A stretch of 64,000 nucleotides of DNA from Marsupella aquatica (lineage: Eukaryota > Plantae > Marchantiophyta), in contig OZ316891.1 of NCBI GenBank assembly GCA_973895155.1, forward strand, positions 5,055,708 to 5,119,707, written 5' to 3'. This document shows, one piece after another, positions 11,556 to 24,734 of the stretch; position 1 is the first letter of the stretch; each line of letters starts with the position of its first letter. The translations under genes were made by a program, and so were the position numbers. Below the pieces are notes generated by a model. The model was not told where the DNA came from, searched no databases, and saw only the letters and a list, made by a program, of their open reading frames with translations.

Positions 11556-14500
11556 TGGCACTTGCTCAGTGTCTCTAACTAGACACTAGAGTATGCTAGC
11601 ATTCATCAATAAATCCCATGTGTAACCAAGTGCACTGAATAATCCTACAATGCACAGATCGATACATAGGTGCAGAGTTGGTCCAAAAGACTAGTCCCAC
11701 CAAGCCTAGCCCAACAATACTAGTGTTCATTAATGCAGCAAACGAGGTTTCAAGTTAAGGCTTCATAAGTCAACCAGCTTTTGCACAACCCTCATCCCAA
11801 AGTTGGTCTTCCAAAAACAAAACAAAAAAAGTTGGGTTCACCAAAACCCTTTGAATACTTGGAAAAAATGAAGGTTTATTCCCGGGTTTGTTAATGTACA
11901 GATTCAACAATTGACATGTGTGCCCAAAAAGAACATGAGAGAACATGCCAGAGAAAAGATAATGAATGTTTGTTTCCTTTACTTCACGTGAGTGACTTTA
12001 TAACAAGGTTATAACCGAACACTGGGTGCCATGGAAGCCTTAGACTCAAACACATTCAAGCAGATTTAACAACTTGCATAGACAGAGGCATGTCACTATC
12101 TACATACAAAAAGACAAAAAAAAATGGCCTCTGCTACTCACTCCTTAAAAGGACAGATAAGAAAGAGATCTGGTTGAACAAAGGCATGAGCTCAGGGGTT
12201 GACTTCCAACAATTGTAGAATCCACATGCAATTTAAAATAAGTATTTTTGATGGAGATTAGCAAAACTTTTAAAAGACATAGGAGGCAATGGAAGGTATT
12301 AAACTCAACTTTATAAATATTCTCTAATATATATATTTTTCATAAATTAAAATAGACAATTAATATTGAAAATAATTGAATGATGTTTTTTTTATAAAAT
12401 AGGAGTATTTGTATTAAACTAGTATTACACTTGGTACCCCAAATATACACTTAGTCTAACTTAACCCATCCCAAGGGCATAAGGAGAAAACACAATTTTC
12501 CTACTATCACAAGTTCACTCTCTTATAAGTACATTGTCCTCATGTTGGGCAACCCAGATTTGTTGTTGTTACTATACTTATCACTAGGAACCGGATGCAA
12601 GTAAAAATAAGACTATATAAGTGATATTTTCAATTTTTTTGAAAACCACAGGAAGTAGACCAAGGCATTATAAATTTAAATCTATTCGATATTTTAAAAT
12701 AAATAAAGTATATTTCTTGAAGTGAAATTAGTTCAATAATATTGAAACAAAATATTATTTTCATATTTTTATAAAATAATAGTATTTTTAAGAAGCTAAG
12801 ATAAAATTTGAAGCCTCCGTGGACCACAAGATTGGTCTTCAAAACCCCCATGGACCACATTTCCCAAAGTTTGACTTTAATTGTAATAAATTTATATTTA
12901 TAAATTCAAATATATGTAGGTTTTAGGGATATGCAAGAGGAAAAGGTAAACTACACTTCCATCAAAGGGATAGTGAAATTTTGGACATTTTTTGTTTAGT
13001 TTTTCATCAAAAATTGCTTGGGGATAAATTATATATACACACTCCTCAAACTTAAATTGTAATTATTATTTAAACACATATATTTTTACTTGCATGTGGT
13101 TCCTATAATTTCTATAACTGATCATGGAGATATATTTAGAAACTATAGAGGGTGAAAGAAGTTAGTGTACACCATATATTAGGAAATAACTATATAACTT
13201 TTATAACCTTAAACATGTCATTCAAAGCAGAAATAATTTATATTCTTAGAGTAAAGTTTTTCATAAAATAGGTGCAACTATACTGGGCTATGAATGCATT
13301 TTTGCTAGACCACTCATTTGTTTGCTTTCCTTCTTCAAGCCGACCATTTTAAATTTGAGTTTTAATTTGAATATCTATCTGACTAGGCTCCCCTCCCTCC
13401 CCTTTGCACTTTTTGAAGGTTTACTTTGACAACTCGCTGATGCTTCCTTTTTTTGTTTTGTGTGCATGTATGACCCATATATTAGAAGAATCTATGATCA
13501 AGAGTAATTTACATTGTTAAATCAAGTCGTTAAACCCTAAACCTAAACCCTAAACCCGTTGCCATTGTTTTGCAAGTAGTGTAACCTTGTTGAGGAATTC
13601 CAAAGAAAATGATGGAAATCAATAAGATTGCCTAGTACTCTACAACATCACTCATCTGTCTGCTTATAAGGACTATCTAGCTTCTCCAAATGGAAATTAA
13701 GCAAAATTCTAGTCCATGGAGAACAGATGATTGTCCTCTATGATGTCAATGACACTCAGGCAAACACTCATTTTATATGTAGATGTTGAATTAGGCCAAG
13801 TTCAACTTTTGCTGTGATACTCTCCCAATCAGTTGAAATTTTGTAACATTCCAAAAGGATTGCAAACAGAACCACATTCAAGGTTCTAGGATTTGCATGA
13901 CAATAAGCTAGTAGCATGGAATTTTAGGAGCTCAACAACATCTCCACTCTCACAACGCTCCTACAAAGCTGCTCCAAGCTTTACAGCACTGGCTGTAACA
14001 AGTAAATTTTGATTAAACTTTCAAATGATTTGAAAGTCTAAAGGCAGTAGACCCTTATATAAGCACTAATGTGATTGATTTCTGTGATGATTCTATGAAA
14101 GGTGATGAGTCTCTTGTTACAGGTGTGACATTTGGCGTGGTGATACTCAGGTGCTTATATGTGATGATTTTTTTAGCCATTTATGCAAGTTTTTTGAAAC
14201 AGTCCACTTCTTGAAAGTGCCCATTTTCACAACACATTACATCAATACATAGCTATTATAGATCATTGTAATCTCCCAGGGGGTGCAATGATTTAGATTC
14301 ATTTGGAAGAATATTAAGGGAGCTTTAATCCAAAATTTGAGAAGTAGAATTATTTTAAGGTTTTTAAAAACAAAATATGAGATTATTCCTAGACTATTTC
14401 ATAGATTTTGGGATAGGAAAAATATTTCAACAATACTAAATATGTTTCTTATTTATTAGAGTGTTTATTACCCAAAACCATCACGCATGATATGAGACCC

Positions 14501-15375
14501 CCTTTGAGTGAGTCCCATAGGGCAGTCAAGTATAGAAAATTGTATGAACCATGTGTGACTACAGCAAGTATCTTTACATGATATTTGCAAAAACTTTTAA
14601 AACCAAAGGAGATAAAAAAAACACAATATATCAAGCTATTAATTAAGAATATTGCCTATGATATAATCTTTATAAATCTAAAGAAGTCATTGAAAGTGAA
14701 TATACAATTTTTTTAATAAATAGGAGTATTAATTTAAAGCTATGATTTCACCAATATTCTAAAATGTATATTTTTAGTTTATCCACACATGAGTCCATAA
14801 AACCTATTTCGGATAACATTTCACCACATTCCTGCTTTTTCCTGCTGTTTCTTTCATTCTATATTCCACATGCAATCCTAGCCTAATCAGCATCTTCTAT
14901 TTTTTTAACATTGCCTTGCTTAATAGTTAGATGGATCAACTGGGAATGGACATCCATTGGAGGGGGAGGGGCTCAACTAGAAAAATCTTTAAGAACCACT
15001 AGCTCCGACTACCCATTCTTTAAGCGTGAAAATACGAGTGTCACCAAAATATATTCCCTATTCACATTCTTTGAAGGTTAATGAAATGATACAAAAATTT
15101 ATCATGAATGTCATCATTTTAATAATTATACATAACATATCGCCCTCCTTTCTATGCACATCCCTCTTTCTATGCATATATGTTATGGTGGGGCCATAGA
15201 GTAAATTATTTTGAATGTAAATAGAAATATTGACAAAAAACCTGTATTATTATCATTTGACACATATCATAGTCATGAGTTTTACCATCCACATGATGAG
15301 CCATGGAGTTAGGATCTAGAGGCTTCACTCTAGAAGTCTAGGCCCCAACTCTAGCTTGTAGTTGACACTTTATTA

Positions 15376-15398
15376 GTGTGTGTGTGTGTGTGTGTGTG
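15376..15398. repeat. (GT)n microsatellite
   Basis: About 11 GT units are directly visible. Confidence 0.95.
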
Positions 15399-18086
15399 AA
15401 AATAGGTAGATTGAGTGACATTTGCAATTTTTTTAAACCATAGGAGGGAAATGAAAGTAGTACACACTGTTCTACTAGAGATCTTCCCTAATAAATCTTT
15501 TATAAATTAGAATACATCATTACAAGTGTAAATAAAAATATTCTTCTTTGTAAAATACAAATATATAAATGAGGAATATAGAATGAAAGTTTGAGAAAAG
15601 CGCAGGAAGTGCACTTTCCAATCACTTGCTTTACTCTCCATACCAGAAATGCTACTCTCAAGACCTCATGATCTATAATCTAGGTTTGAGAAGTGAACAA
15701 CACTCCCTTTTTATCATAGAGCCTCAACTCTCTCAAGGCCTTTCAATTTACTATTTAAGGGAAACACTCCTGCCTAATTGTAGCACCTCAGTCTTCACTT
15801 TCTGCAATGAATATGCTGCTCTCAAGGCCTCACAGTTTATAACCTGGGTTTGAAGAATGGGCCAGACCCAGGTTTGTAACAAATGCCTGAAATTTGCATG
15901 CTTGCCTACCCTTAAACCACAAGTTTATGTATAAAGTGTGCATTCTACACACAGCACAATTGTGCATAGTTACAACATAGCATCATTATGGTATGTTGGT
16001 GAAGTTTTGAGTATTACTGTCATTAGTTCACAAGCAGGGGCTCTGAACGGCTCAAAATGAATATCTCACCAATCTGTGTTCAGCATGTAAAAACAATTCA
16101 TATTTAAAGAAATGACCAAAAAGCATTAGGGTACAAGAGTACTCTGATAGGAAGTGGGGCCCTTACCCCTCTTTTCCTCCCCTTCATTGGGTTGCTTTGC
16201 CTTTGGGATCATGTGAGGCTTTTCTGCCCTTGGGCACTATGATATATATACCTACCCAGCAGGCTCCTCTCTCATTTCACCTAGGCAAATGAACAGTAGC
16301 CTCTTAGGGGGCAGGGCCAGGCCCTTTTATAGTGGCAGCTGTGGTATAAGAGCATCAGCAGCACCAGTAATGAGGCCTGGTGCCAGCAAAACTGGTGAAT
16401 AACCAAGTCTGACACTTTTTTGCTTTGCATTGGAATTAAGCCTGTATTTATTGTTTTCGGGTTGGAGGGCACAACAAGGATGGCAACCACAGATTCAGTC
16501 AGCTTTCAAGGGTGCCAAAAAGAATTTAGCATCCCTGCCATGTACTTCATAACACATGCAGTTGGGGCTAGCTGTTCACATCCAAACCTGTGTGCTCATT
16601 CCCTTGCTGGACAGTTTGCTTTGAGTGTTCTCATGAGGCTCTGATGCAAATGGAATCATATAGCGGTCACTAGCCCAGACAGTCGGCCTGCATACACATC
16701 AACAAAATTTTCCCAATATGCCAGCCCTGAGCATGCAGTAGGGTAGAACTGGAAGCTTGGATGGACCAAATTAGATTATATAGTGGTAAAGGACATGCAA
16801 AACCCTGATGAACACCATAAAAGCATTTAAATTGACTTGCATAGCTTGTTTTACATACTTTTGACCATTAGTAAAAGGTTTCCAATGGTCTGGATTCCTC
16901 TGGCATTCTGTCATTCCCACCGCAAGCATTCTTATTCAAGTGAAGGAGATGGGTTCTCTTGTTACCATGTATATGTAAGGTCTTACACTCCCACATCATG
17001 ACACTACCAGGTTCCATATATATCATGACCCTGCAAAGTTGGACTGTTCATCTGGGTGTTCATTAAAATAGTAATGTCAAGCATTTGTTTGCATCCAAGC
17101 TGTGAGGTATGCGCAAAGGGAGAGTGGGCTGTTTCAAATCTTGAGAGAGAGATCCAAGGTCCAACAATTTAAGTACAGGGATCTCCATTGATCTTTGCGC
17201 CATCAAATCAAAGCATTGAGATAGAAACCCATCCAGGTTAGTGGTCCATGCAAGTTGTTGTCAAACATTGTGATGTAGGATTCTTTTCCTACACCGTTTA
17301 CTCCATTTACAGTACATTGCATGATTGTAGTGATGCTCAACCACACCCATCGATTAATGGTCCATTGCTTTGTAAAGATCACATCACAATGTAAACTCAG
17401 TGGAGTGAAGCTCAACAATATTCATCAATGCTCCATTGTATCCACTTGTAAAGATCACATCACAATTTTTGTTTGGCACCACTGGCTCTGTGCTGCAGTG
17501 CTTTCTTGGCACCAGAGTCTTCTCTAGGGCATTAAATTGGGTCTAAACCACATCAGCGGTTCATCAAAGCATCAACTGGCATTCCCAGGCGAAGGAAAAA
17601 GTCACATGGAGACGAAACCAACAAAGGAATTCAGCAAGTGTTATACGCCTGCCAAACGCACATTAGAAACTGTGCTCGCTCTAAGATCCAGTTTAACCAA
17701 ACGTTTCTGCAGTCTATGAAAATGCCAAGAACAATTTCGATAGAGACCAAAAGTTCTCGATTACTCATATATTGACAACGAGTAGGCGCAGAAAGTTGAA
17801 AGCTGATGATTACGATCTAACTTCTCAGAAAACTGGTCAGGGCATGAAAAGACAGGTGTTCATGGATGACTTCTCTAGTTCAGGATTCCTTTTGTATTTG
17901 AACTGGGAGCCACGCTAAGTTGTCCACCGCTCTTTGCATAGATTACTTCCAACTTTGCAGGTTCAAGTGGCATTGTATGCACACGTCGTCCACCATGTAT
18001 TCACAAGGATAGAGATGAAATCATAGACAGTCGTCCGTTGTGATTGCAGTACAGGTTGAACTTTCCTCTGAAATTGCAGCTATTCC

Positions 18087-21000
18087 TTAAACATATTGTC
18101 CAGCAAGTTTGCCACCTTTCACAATGACGTTTTCCTCGGGGAAGGGCTTTCCTTCAAAATACAGGTCCAGCATTCCCTTGGTCCCTGCAGCGTATCTTGC
18201 CTGGAATCAACACCAGCCAAGTGACCCCAGAAGCAGATTTTGTCAGCAAGAGTAACGGTCATGAATTGACGATCACATTTGGTCCCCAAGGTACATAACT
18301 GCAATGTTCCTTCCTTTGAATCATTTTCTACTAGCTATCCGGAGGGTTTAGGAGATATGTTTGTTGAAATTCAAGTACGTCCAACAGCTGCAGAGAATCC
18401 TAATCACCGTCGATGGTGATTTGCAAGCATGCGGAGAAAATCGGATGGCAGCTCTTGCTCTGCTAGTGATTCAACTTATTAGCATATTATTTAGTGATCA
18501 ACCATCATCCTGGACATGACGTCGCTGAGGCCAGCTATCAAATCTTTCAGTTTCTTCCAGTGAGTGGTGTGAGGGGTGAACAGAAGCTTGCCTGGGCATC
18601 AAGTGTTGTGCCCGAAAAATGGGGGGTCATTGCATGGTTAGGCATATGGCGCCATGGGTGGTCCTTTGGTGGCGGCTGTTGTGCCCACACATCTCCGCTG
18701 TAACCTGGTCATAAACAAAGACATGATTTCTTTCAATATCAGAAAGGACTCAGAAAACGTGCTTATTCTACACTCCAGCATTTGACGTTATTAATTCAAC
18801 ATAAACTTCAAGATGAGGTGCCTGCTAAATCTCAATATCAGGAAAGACAAGACCTGCAGACACGTACCACAATGAGACTGTACTAAAGCCAACATTGCAA
18901 GTCCTCTTAAGCAATGCATTGATTCTTTCAGGCAGCCCTGAGAAATGCTAGCCAAGCTGAAGAGCCTGATATCTCCACACGTTTATTGGGAAACTTTTAA
19001 AACTTTATCAATCGTTCACAAAGTACATCTGCACTCCCATTGCATGTGCCAGCCAGATCATACCTCCTAGCTGCCCACTTTCACATGCTAGCCTGACAGC
19101 TTCTGCGTCGACAATAGCGCCTCGTGCATTGTTGACTAGATAGGCCCCCTTCTTCATTTTGGCGAGTGTCTCCTTGTTGAACAAACCCCTGTTTAGACAA
19201 GGGTAAAAGATTGTCGCGAATGATTAAATCTTTGCATTTCATGCTCATCAGGACTCGTCACGTACACGTAAACGTACACCCGGCTGAGGGAAGATTCATG
19301 GTTGTAAACAAACTCCGGGTAGTTTACGTAATGTGAGAAGTGACTACGCAATTTATATGTATGCTCAACGGAGAAGACGCATAACTAGTTGCAGTTGATA
19401 GAATGATCTTTACAACTCGTTTCTATTTGTTTCCTGGATAGCGACTCCCAGTAGCAACCATGTAAACTGTCTCATTCAATGGGCATTTTAATAATAAAAT
19501 CGCTGGAGTCTTTCTGATTCATTAACACATATCTACAGTAGCTTTTCAGGTCGTCGAATTGGAAATACTCACAAAGTCTTTGTAGTAAGTGGTACATTGA
19601 CAACAATCACATCAGCCTTCGCAAGTACCGCATCGAAGTCTTCCTCGTGCCTCGCTCCTGTCTCCTTCTGCCTCTCCTCGCTCATGGGTTGACGATCCCA
19701 ATAAATCAGCTCCTTGCAGTCGCAGGGCTGAATGCAAAACAGACCAATTTATTTGGGGACAACTTCAGACCACTTGCTTAATGTTGTGAGATATCTCTTG
19801 GAAAGCGTCAGACAAGATGAATCTGAGTTTTGACCACTGTACTTCAATGAGCTCTCTTCTCACCAAAATCGGCGATACTCACAATGGGACAGTACTGAGA
19901 TCGATACTCACAATGCCGGTTTCGATCGATCCTTGTAAACCAGAATTCATGATCGGGGAATCGACAGCGACGACAACATAACTCGTAAGAATGCACTATT
20001 CTCCACAATAACTGGCATGAATCAGTGCTACGTCATCAACTAACATCGGTGGTACCTTGAGGCGTTTGAGGAGCTCGTAGCCAATACGCCCCGCTCCGAT
20101 GGTCGCAACAATCTTGTCTTTTAGGTCGTAAGCCTTGGATGCACAAGCGGCAACTTCCCACTTGTCATCGGTGATTTGCTGGTGGGCTGGTATGAAGTTG
20201 CGGAGTAGTACCAAAATCCTCAGCAACTCATCCTCAGCTACGGACGACGTGTTGCTCCCTGCCACAACAGCTACTTCAGCATTTTGCACTATGGTTTCTT
20301 ATCCAACATTGTTGCTGCATTATGCTGTTATCATGAACAGCGCTAGAGAAAAAATCCGCAACTCAACAGAGTTTAACACATAACATATAACCTGAGTCAT
20401 CCGAGATGACAGTTTTCAAGATGAAGAATTCTAATAGAAATCTGAAAGCGGTCTATTCAAAAAGGAGGTAAAATGGTTGAGTTTCATGATCAGCTGAGGC
20501 AAAACCAAACTAGACAGCGGCCCTGCATGTGTAGCTTGGTTTTGATGAGTTCAATGCAGGGATACCTGAGACCTCCGTGACAGTGATCCCTTGATCAGCT
20601 GCAGCGGCTAAGTCGATGTGGTCCGACCCCACTCCTGCAGTGTGGGCTAATTTGAGCTTCTTGGCCCTGCGCAGCCGTTCAGCAGTCATGTACGCCGGGT
20701 GGAATGGCGTCGTGATGAGGATGTCCATGTCAGGAATGTGCTTCTCCAACTCTACATCCAGCAAACCCAAAATGCCTTATTAGTCCATCATCACATTAAA
20801 AGGTTAATGTACGTACGGGAGATCTCCCTGCCAAGTGTGCTGGCAGTAAATGAGCCTCTGAACTCTGAATGAGGAAAACGTGAGAGACCACAGGGGACAG
20901 AATTTACCAATGCGAAATTGAGGACCAGTTTACAATCAAGAGTGGACCAATTAGGACATGTGAGAGAGAGAATAAATGAGACCTCTAACGCTAGGCAGAA

Positions 21001-22680
21001 GCATCTCTCCACCTGCCAGTGTGAGTTCAAGATGTCTCTAAGGGTTTGGACGATCCAGGCCCCGGCTGAATGTCAAGCGGTAACCTTTAAGAGCCAAAAT
21101 TATTCAAAACCTTTTAAGCCTGGTTCTACTTGATACCTTCAACCTTCTCTAGAGAATGGCCAAGTTTATGGTCTCCAAAAGAGTGACACTGTGCTCAGAC
21201 TCTAAATGATTCCCCGATCGACTTGAACTTAACAACTTGCCCTATAAGTGCACGATGATTAACACAGGGAGTTCCACGACTCAGCAGATGGCGGTGCTAC
21301 TTCGGATTTCTCTTCATGAAATTGATAATGAACGTGAAACAGAGTATACCAGACAAAGTGTCATGTCGATCAATGTATTCAATATACAGCAGTAACCGAC
21401 AATGGGTTTGATTCGTACCGCAGTCAGGACCATCCTTGTCATCCGTAACAATGTACTTATGGCCAAGACCCTCCAGCCAGTCTCGCAAACCGAGTGCATT
21501 TTCTGCACAGCCCAAGAACTTTGGATTTTTGGCATTCTCTCCCGCCTTGTAGAGAACTCCCACAATCTTCAAGTTCTTCGTTGGAATCTACATTAAGTCA
21601 CAAGTTTCACAACGGATATAATGATCAGGGCTAAGTAAATTTTGTACTCAGGCTGAAGAGTAATGAAGATCAGGCTGTGACTGGTCGCAGGGAGGATCTG
21701 AGAGCCCTACGCTACGATCACTCTTCGAACATTTCGGAAACACTTACCAAACCATACAAGATGAAGACAAAGCATTTCAAATCCAAATCGGACTAAGAAG
21801 CCTCTCATCAACGCCATCGGCTAGGAAGGAAACCACAAAACAGATTTACATTCAACAGGCTTCAGAGTCCGCTTGTCCCGTAGTAGTCCCAAGTGGGAGA
21901 GAGATTCTAGCTTGTGAAGTTCACGAGCCCAAATACAGTAGTGCTAACGTGGCAGGACCAGAAACCACCCAACAAATGTCCAGACGAGACACGATGAGAA
22001 TCCTCGAATTGAATTGGAAGCTTCAGCACGCGACACGGTACTGAAAGGGAAGAAGAGGTCCGAATCGATGCCATTTACTTCCACGAGCCAAATTCCCCAC
22101 ACAGGAAACAATTGGAGCTCAATCCTGGGAATTCTAAGCAGTGGCTCTCTAGACTTTCTACACAGGGCACTGGAGAAACCTCCCAAGTAAATAAGTTATG
22201 AAGACAAGCCGTACTCCAGCAACATAAAGATCGATGTCAAACATGCAAACAGCACAATAAATGTAGCTATTTACAGCTGCTGGGAAGACGATCCACATCC
22301 AATTCCAATCGGGTGATTTAGTAAAAACCAGTAAGAAGGGTACAAGTTAATCAACAACTTCGTTACATGCAGTATCTGACATTGCTGTTTTCGACGCTGT
22401 CCAAACTTGAAGTACTAGTATTCCATTCCATTCGGCTGTTTCCATCAAAGTTTTCCCACAACGAATTCGAATGTATGATAATTTAGCTTACCGAGTCTTC
22501 AGCACCAGCAGAATATGATCGCAAAAAATTAAAAAGAGACCCTCCATGGGTTTGACGTGGGATGAAACGAGGGCTTGGAGACTCCAAGCAACGATTACCA
22601 CCCGGAGGCACAAACTGTCCACTCGTCTTCTGTAGCTGAGCTGCCTTCAGCAACAGACTGGATGCTCGCCTCGTAGCCAT
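18087..22680 (-). CDS. FDH: NAD-dependent formate dehydrogenase, mitochondrial; 8 exons: 22680-22492, 21587-21419, 20751-20566, 20258-20056, 19727-19573, 19188-19064, 18704-18592, 18200-18087
   Basis: Motifs [47 protein letters not shown] (Rossmann), YWDR (NAD-selecting Asp), [15 protein letters not shown] and [12 protein letters not shown]. Arg/Ser-rich N-terminal presequence. All exon phases are compatible; intron 7 has a GC donor. Confidence 0.95.
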
Positions 22681-22709
22681 AGAGAGAGCAAATGTTAAAC
22701 CCAAGTCGA

Positions 22710-23030
22710 TCACCCTCTGCGGTTGCTGAAGTTGCTCCCACAAGAACGGTAGCAGTGAATGAAATGAGCTGAGCTCTTCGTCAGCTGAGCAACCCAGCAA
22801 AGTTTGGGCAGGGGGAAAACTATTTTCCAGTGCACCAGAATGGAAACGATCACAATAAAGAACTAATTGAAGCTGCAGGACCCTCCGAGGTTGCCGAAAT
22901 TGCTCCTACTGCAGCACAACAACAGTGAGATGGAGCTCAGCTCTACGTCAGCTGAGCCACCTGGTAACTTTTGAGCAGGGGGCAAATTATCATGATCAAG
23001 GAGATCACAAACTAGCTCATGCACTGGAGA
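22710..23030. repeat. Diverged ~168-bp tandem duplication in the FDH 5' leader/promoter
   Basis: ccctc.g.ggttgc.gaa.ttgctcc at ~22713 and ~22881. gagct.agctct.cgtcagctgagc.acc...tttg.gcaggggg..aa.tat and gatcacaa occur in both copies. Confidence 0.75.
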
Positions 23031-24675
23031 AATTAGACGGTGCCAAATGGCAAAGCTCCACGAGATTTATATGCTGGAGTAAATCCAACTCTGGAAGCTT
23101 AAAGCTTGCCAATGTGATCGTAGGCAAGCTTGCGTCACTCTTTGTGAGATTTGCAAAAGATGCACTCTTACCGTGAGCCACAGCTCTTCAGATCTGAAGG
23201 GTCATCATATTCACTGGTTTAAGAAATACATTTGTTCAGTCCCCCATATAAAAATGTTATTGCTCGTTTGACTCGCTCATTCTTCTGTCTCGAAAGCATT
23301 CTTTGTGACTCCATCATTTCATGGTAATTTGTCTCTGGGATACAATCTTGATATCTCCATTCTCCAACCATCGTTACTGAGATTCATGCTGTAATGGCAA
23401 TGGTCATTAGACCACATTAGACAGGCTTGGCGTCATTGACAGATTTAACATTATCAATTCAATAAAACACATAACTTCACCAATCAATGGTGTGGTTGTC
23501 TTGGCTTCCAAACTGAACTTTCATAGAATTTCGTCCCTGGTTTGTTTATCATCATCGCCGACTCACTTCAAAAGTACAACATTATATTTGTCGTCATTTC
23601 AGGCCGTGCAATTCACGTGTATTTCCTGGTTACTAGATAGTATTGTGAAGTACAGTAGTTAATTTTACTTTTAATGATATGAAGGTGACACAAAAAAAAA
23701 AAAAAACCAAATAGACTCTAAACCCGTAAACCCATTGGAATCACAATTTTCCCACTTCCAAAATTTCACCAGCAGAACTCCCCCTTTTACTCTTCCCCTT
23801 CCCAAGTAACCAACCAAATTGGTTGTCCTTGGGCTCATTAGAAGTGCCTGGGAAACATATTTTTAACAAGTCTAATGTGGTCAATTTTCACTATTAAGAA
23901 TTGGGAGCTTTTTTGTTTTCTTGACATTTCACCCTCAGGTGTACTACTTATCATGTAAGCAAAAAAGAGGCTTTGCTGAGGTCTGTGCAGGTTGTGCAAG
24001 TCTATCCCAGCATTTTTGCAAACTCAATGGACCATCTAGGCTACCTTTTTCAAATTGACCAGATCCAAAATTTATTCAACCGTCATCCATGGCCATCATC
24101 AGGTTGATCATGGCATGGGCAAAAGGAATTTCTTTTAAAATATAGTGCAATGCCATAAATATATATTCTAGAATACTTTTTACTTCAAAATAACATTTAC
24201 AAGGATAAATCAGTGCTTTACATCCAAATGCTTAAAATCTTGCTAGAATATATGGACTACAAAGTTTTCCTAAGTTGCAAAAACATCACCTAAAAATTTA
24301 CACTAGGGACTCAAAGTTTTGAACAATGAATTATTTTTAATTAAGCGAACCTGATCCTCCCTACTGTATACTTTCTATGAAGTACCCTCTGCGGTCTGCA
24401 TGCCAAGCGGGCAGTGGGGGTAGGTATGCATGCAAAGGATGCGCTCCTCAGGACACAACTCCCCTTCCTAACTCCAGTTAGTACTGCGGCCATATCGACG
24501 GTCTAGATCTCGTATCATGAAGGTCTCTCAATCTTAGCCGCCTATACCGACCCCGGTTAATTCACCCGTGACTGTTTCCGTTGGCTTTTGCCCAGCCCGG
24601 GGCAGGTGGTACGGTGCTACGGTCGGCGCCCGAAGCTGGACCTGTGACGAGTACGCTGACTGGATTCCCTCGGGC

Positions 24676-24734
24676 TACGTCATGGCATGGGGCCGACGTG
24701 GCCTCCACGTCGACGTGCATGGCCCTTACGTGCC
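24676..24734. promoter_or_regulatory. Dense cluster of ACGT-core (ABRE/C-box-like) motifs in a GC-rich island
   Basis: TACGTCA, GACGTGGC, CCACGTC, GACGTGC and TACGTGCC: five ACGT cores in ~60 bp. Confidence 0.45.

Noticed and set aside
16989-17025. TCCCACATC + TATATA as an snRNA/Pol III USE-TATA promoter (also TCCCACATC near 25396)
   Set aside because: Imperfect USE, spacing too short, and no recognisable snRNA downstream.
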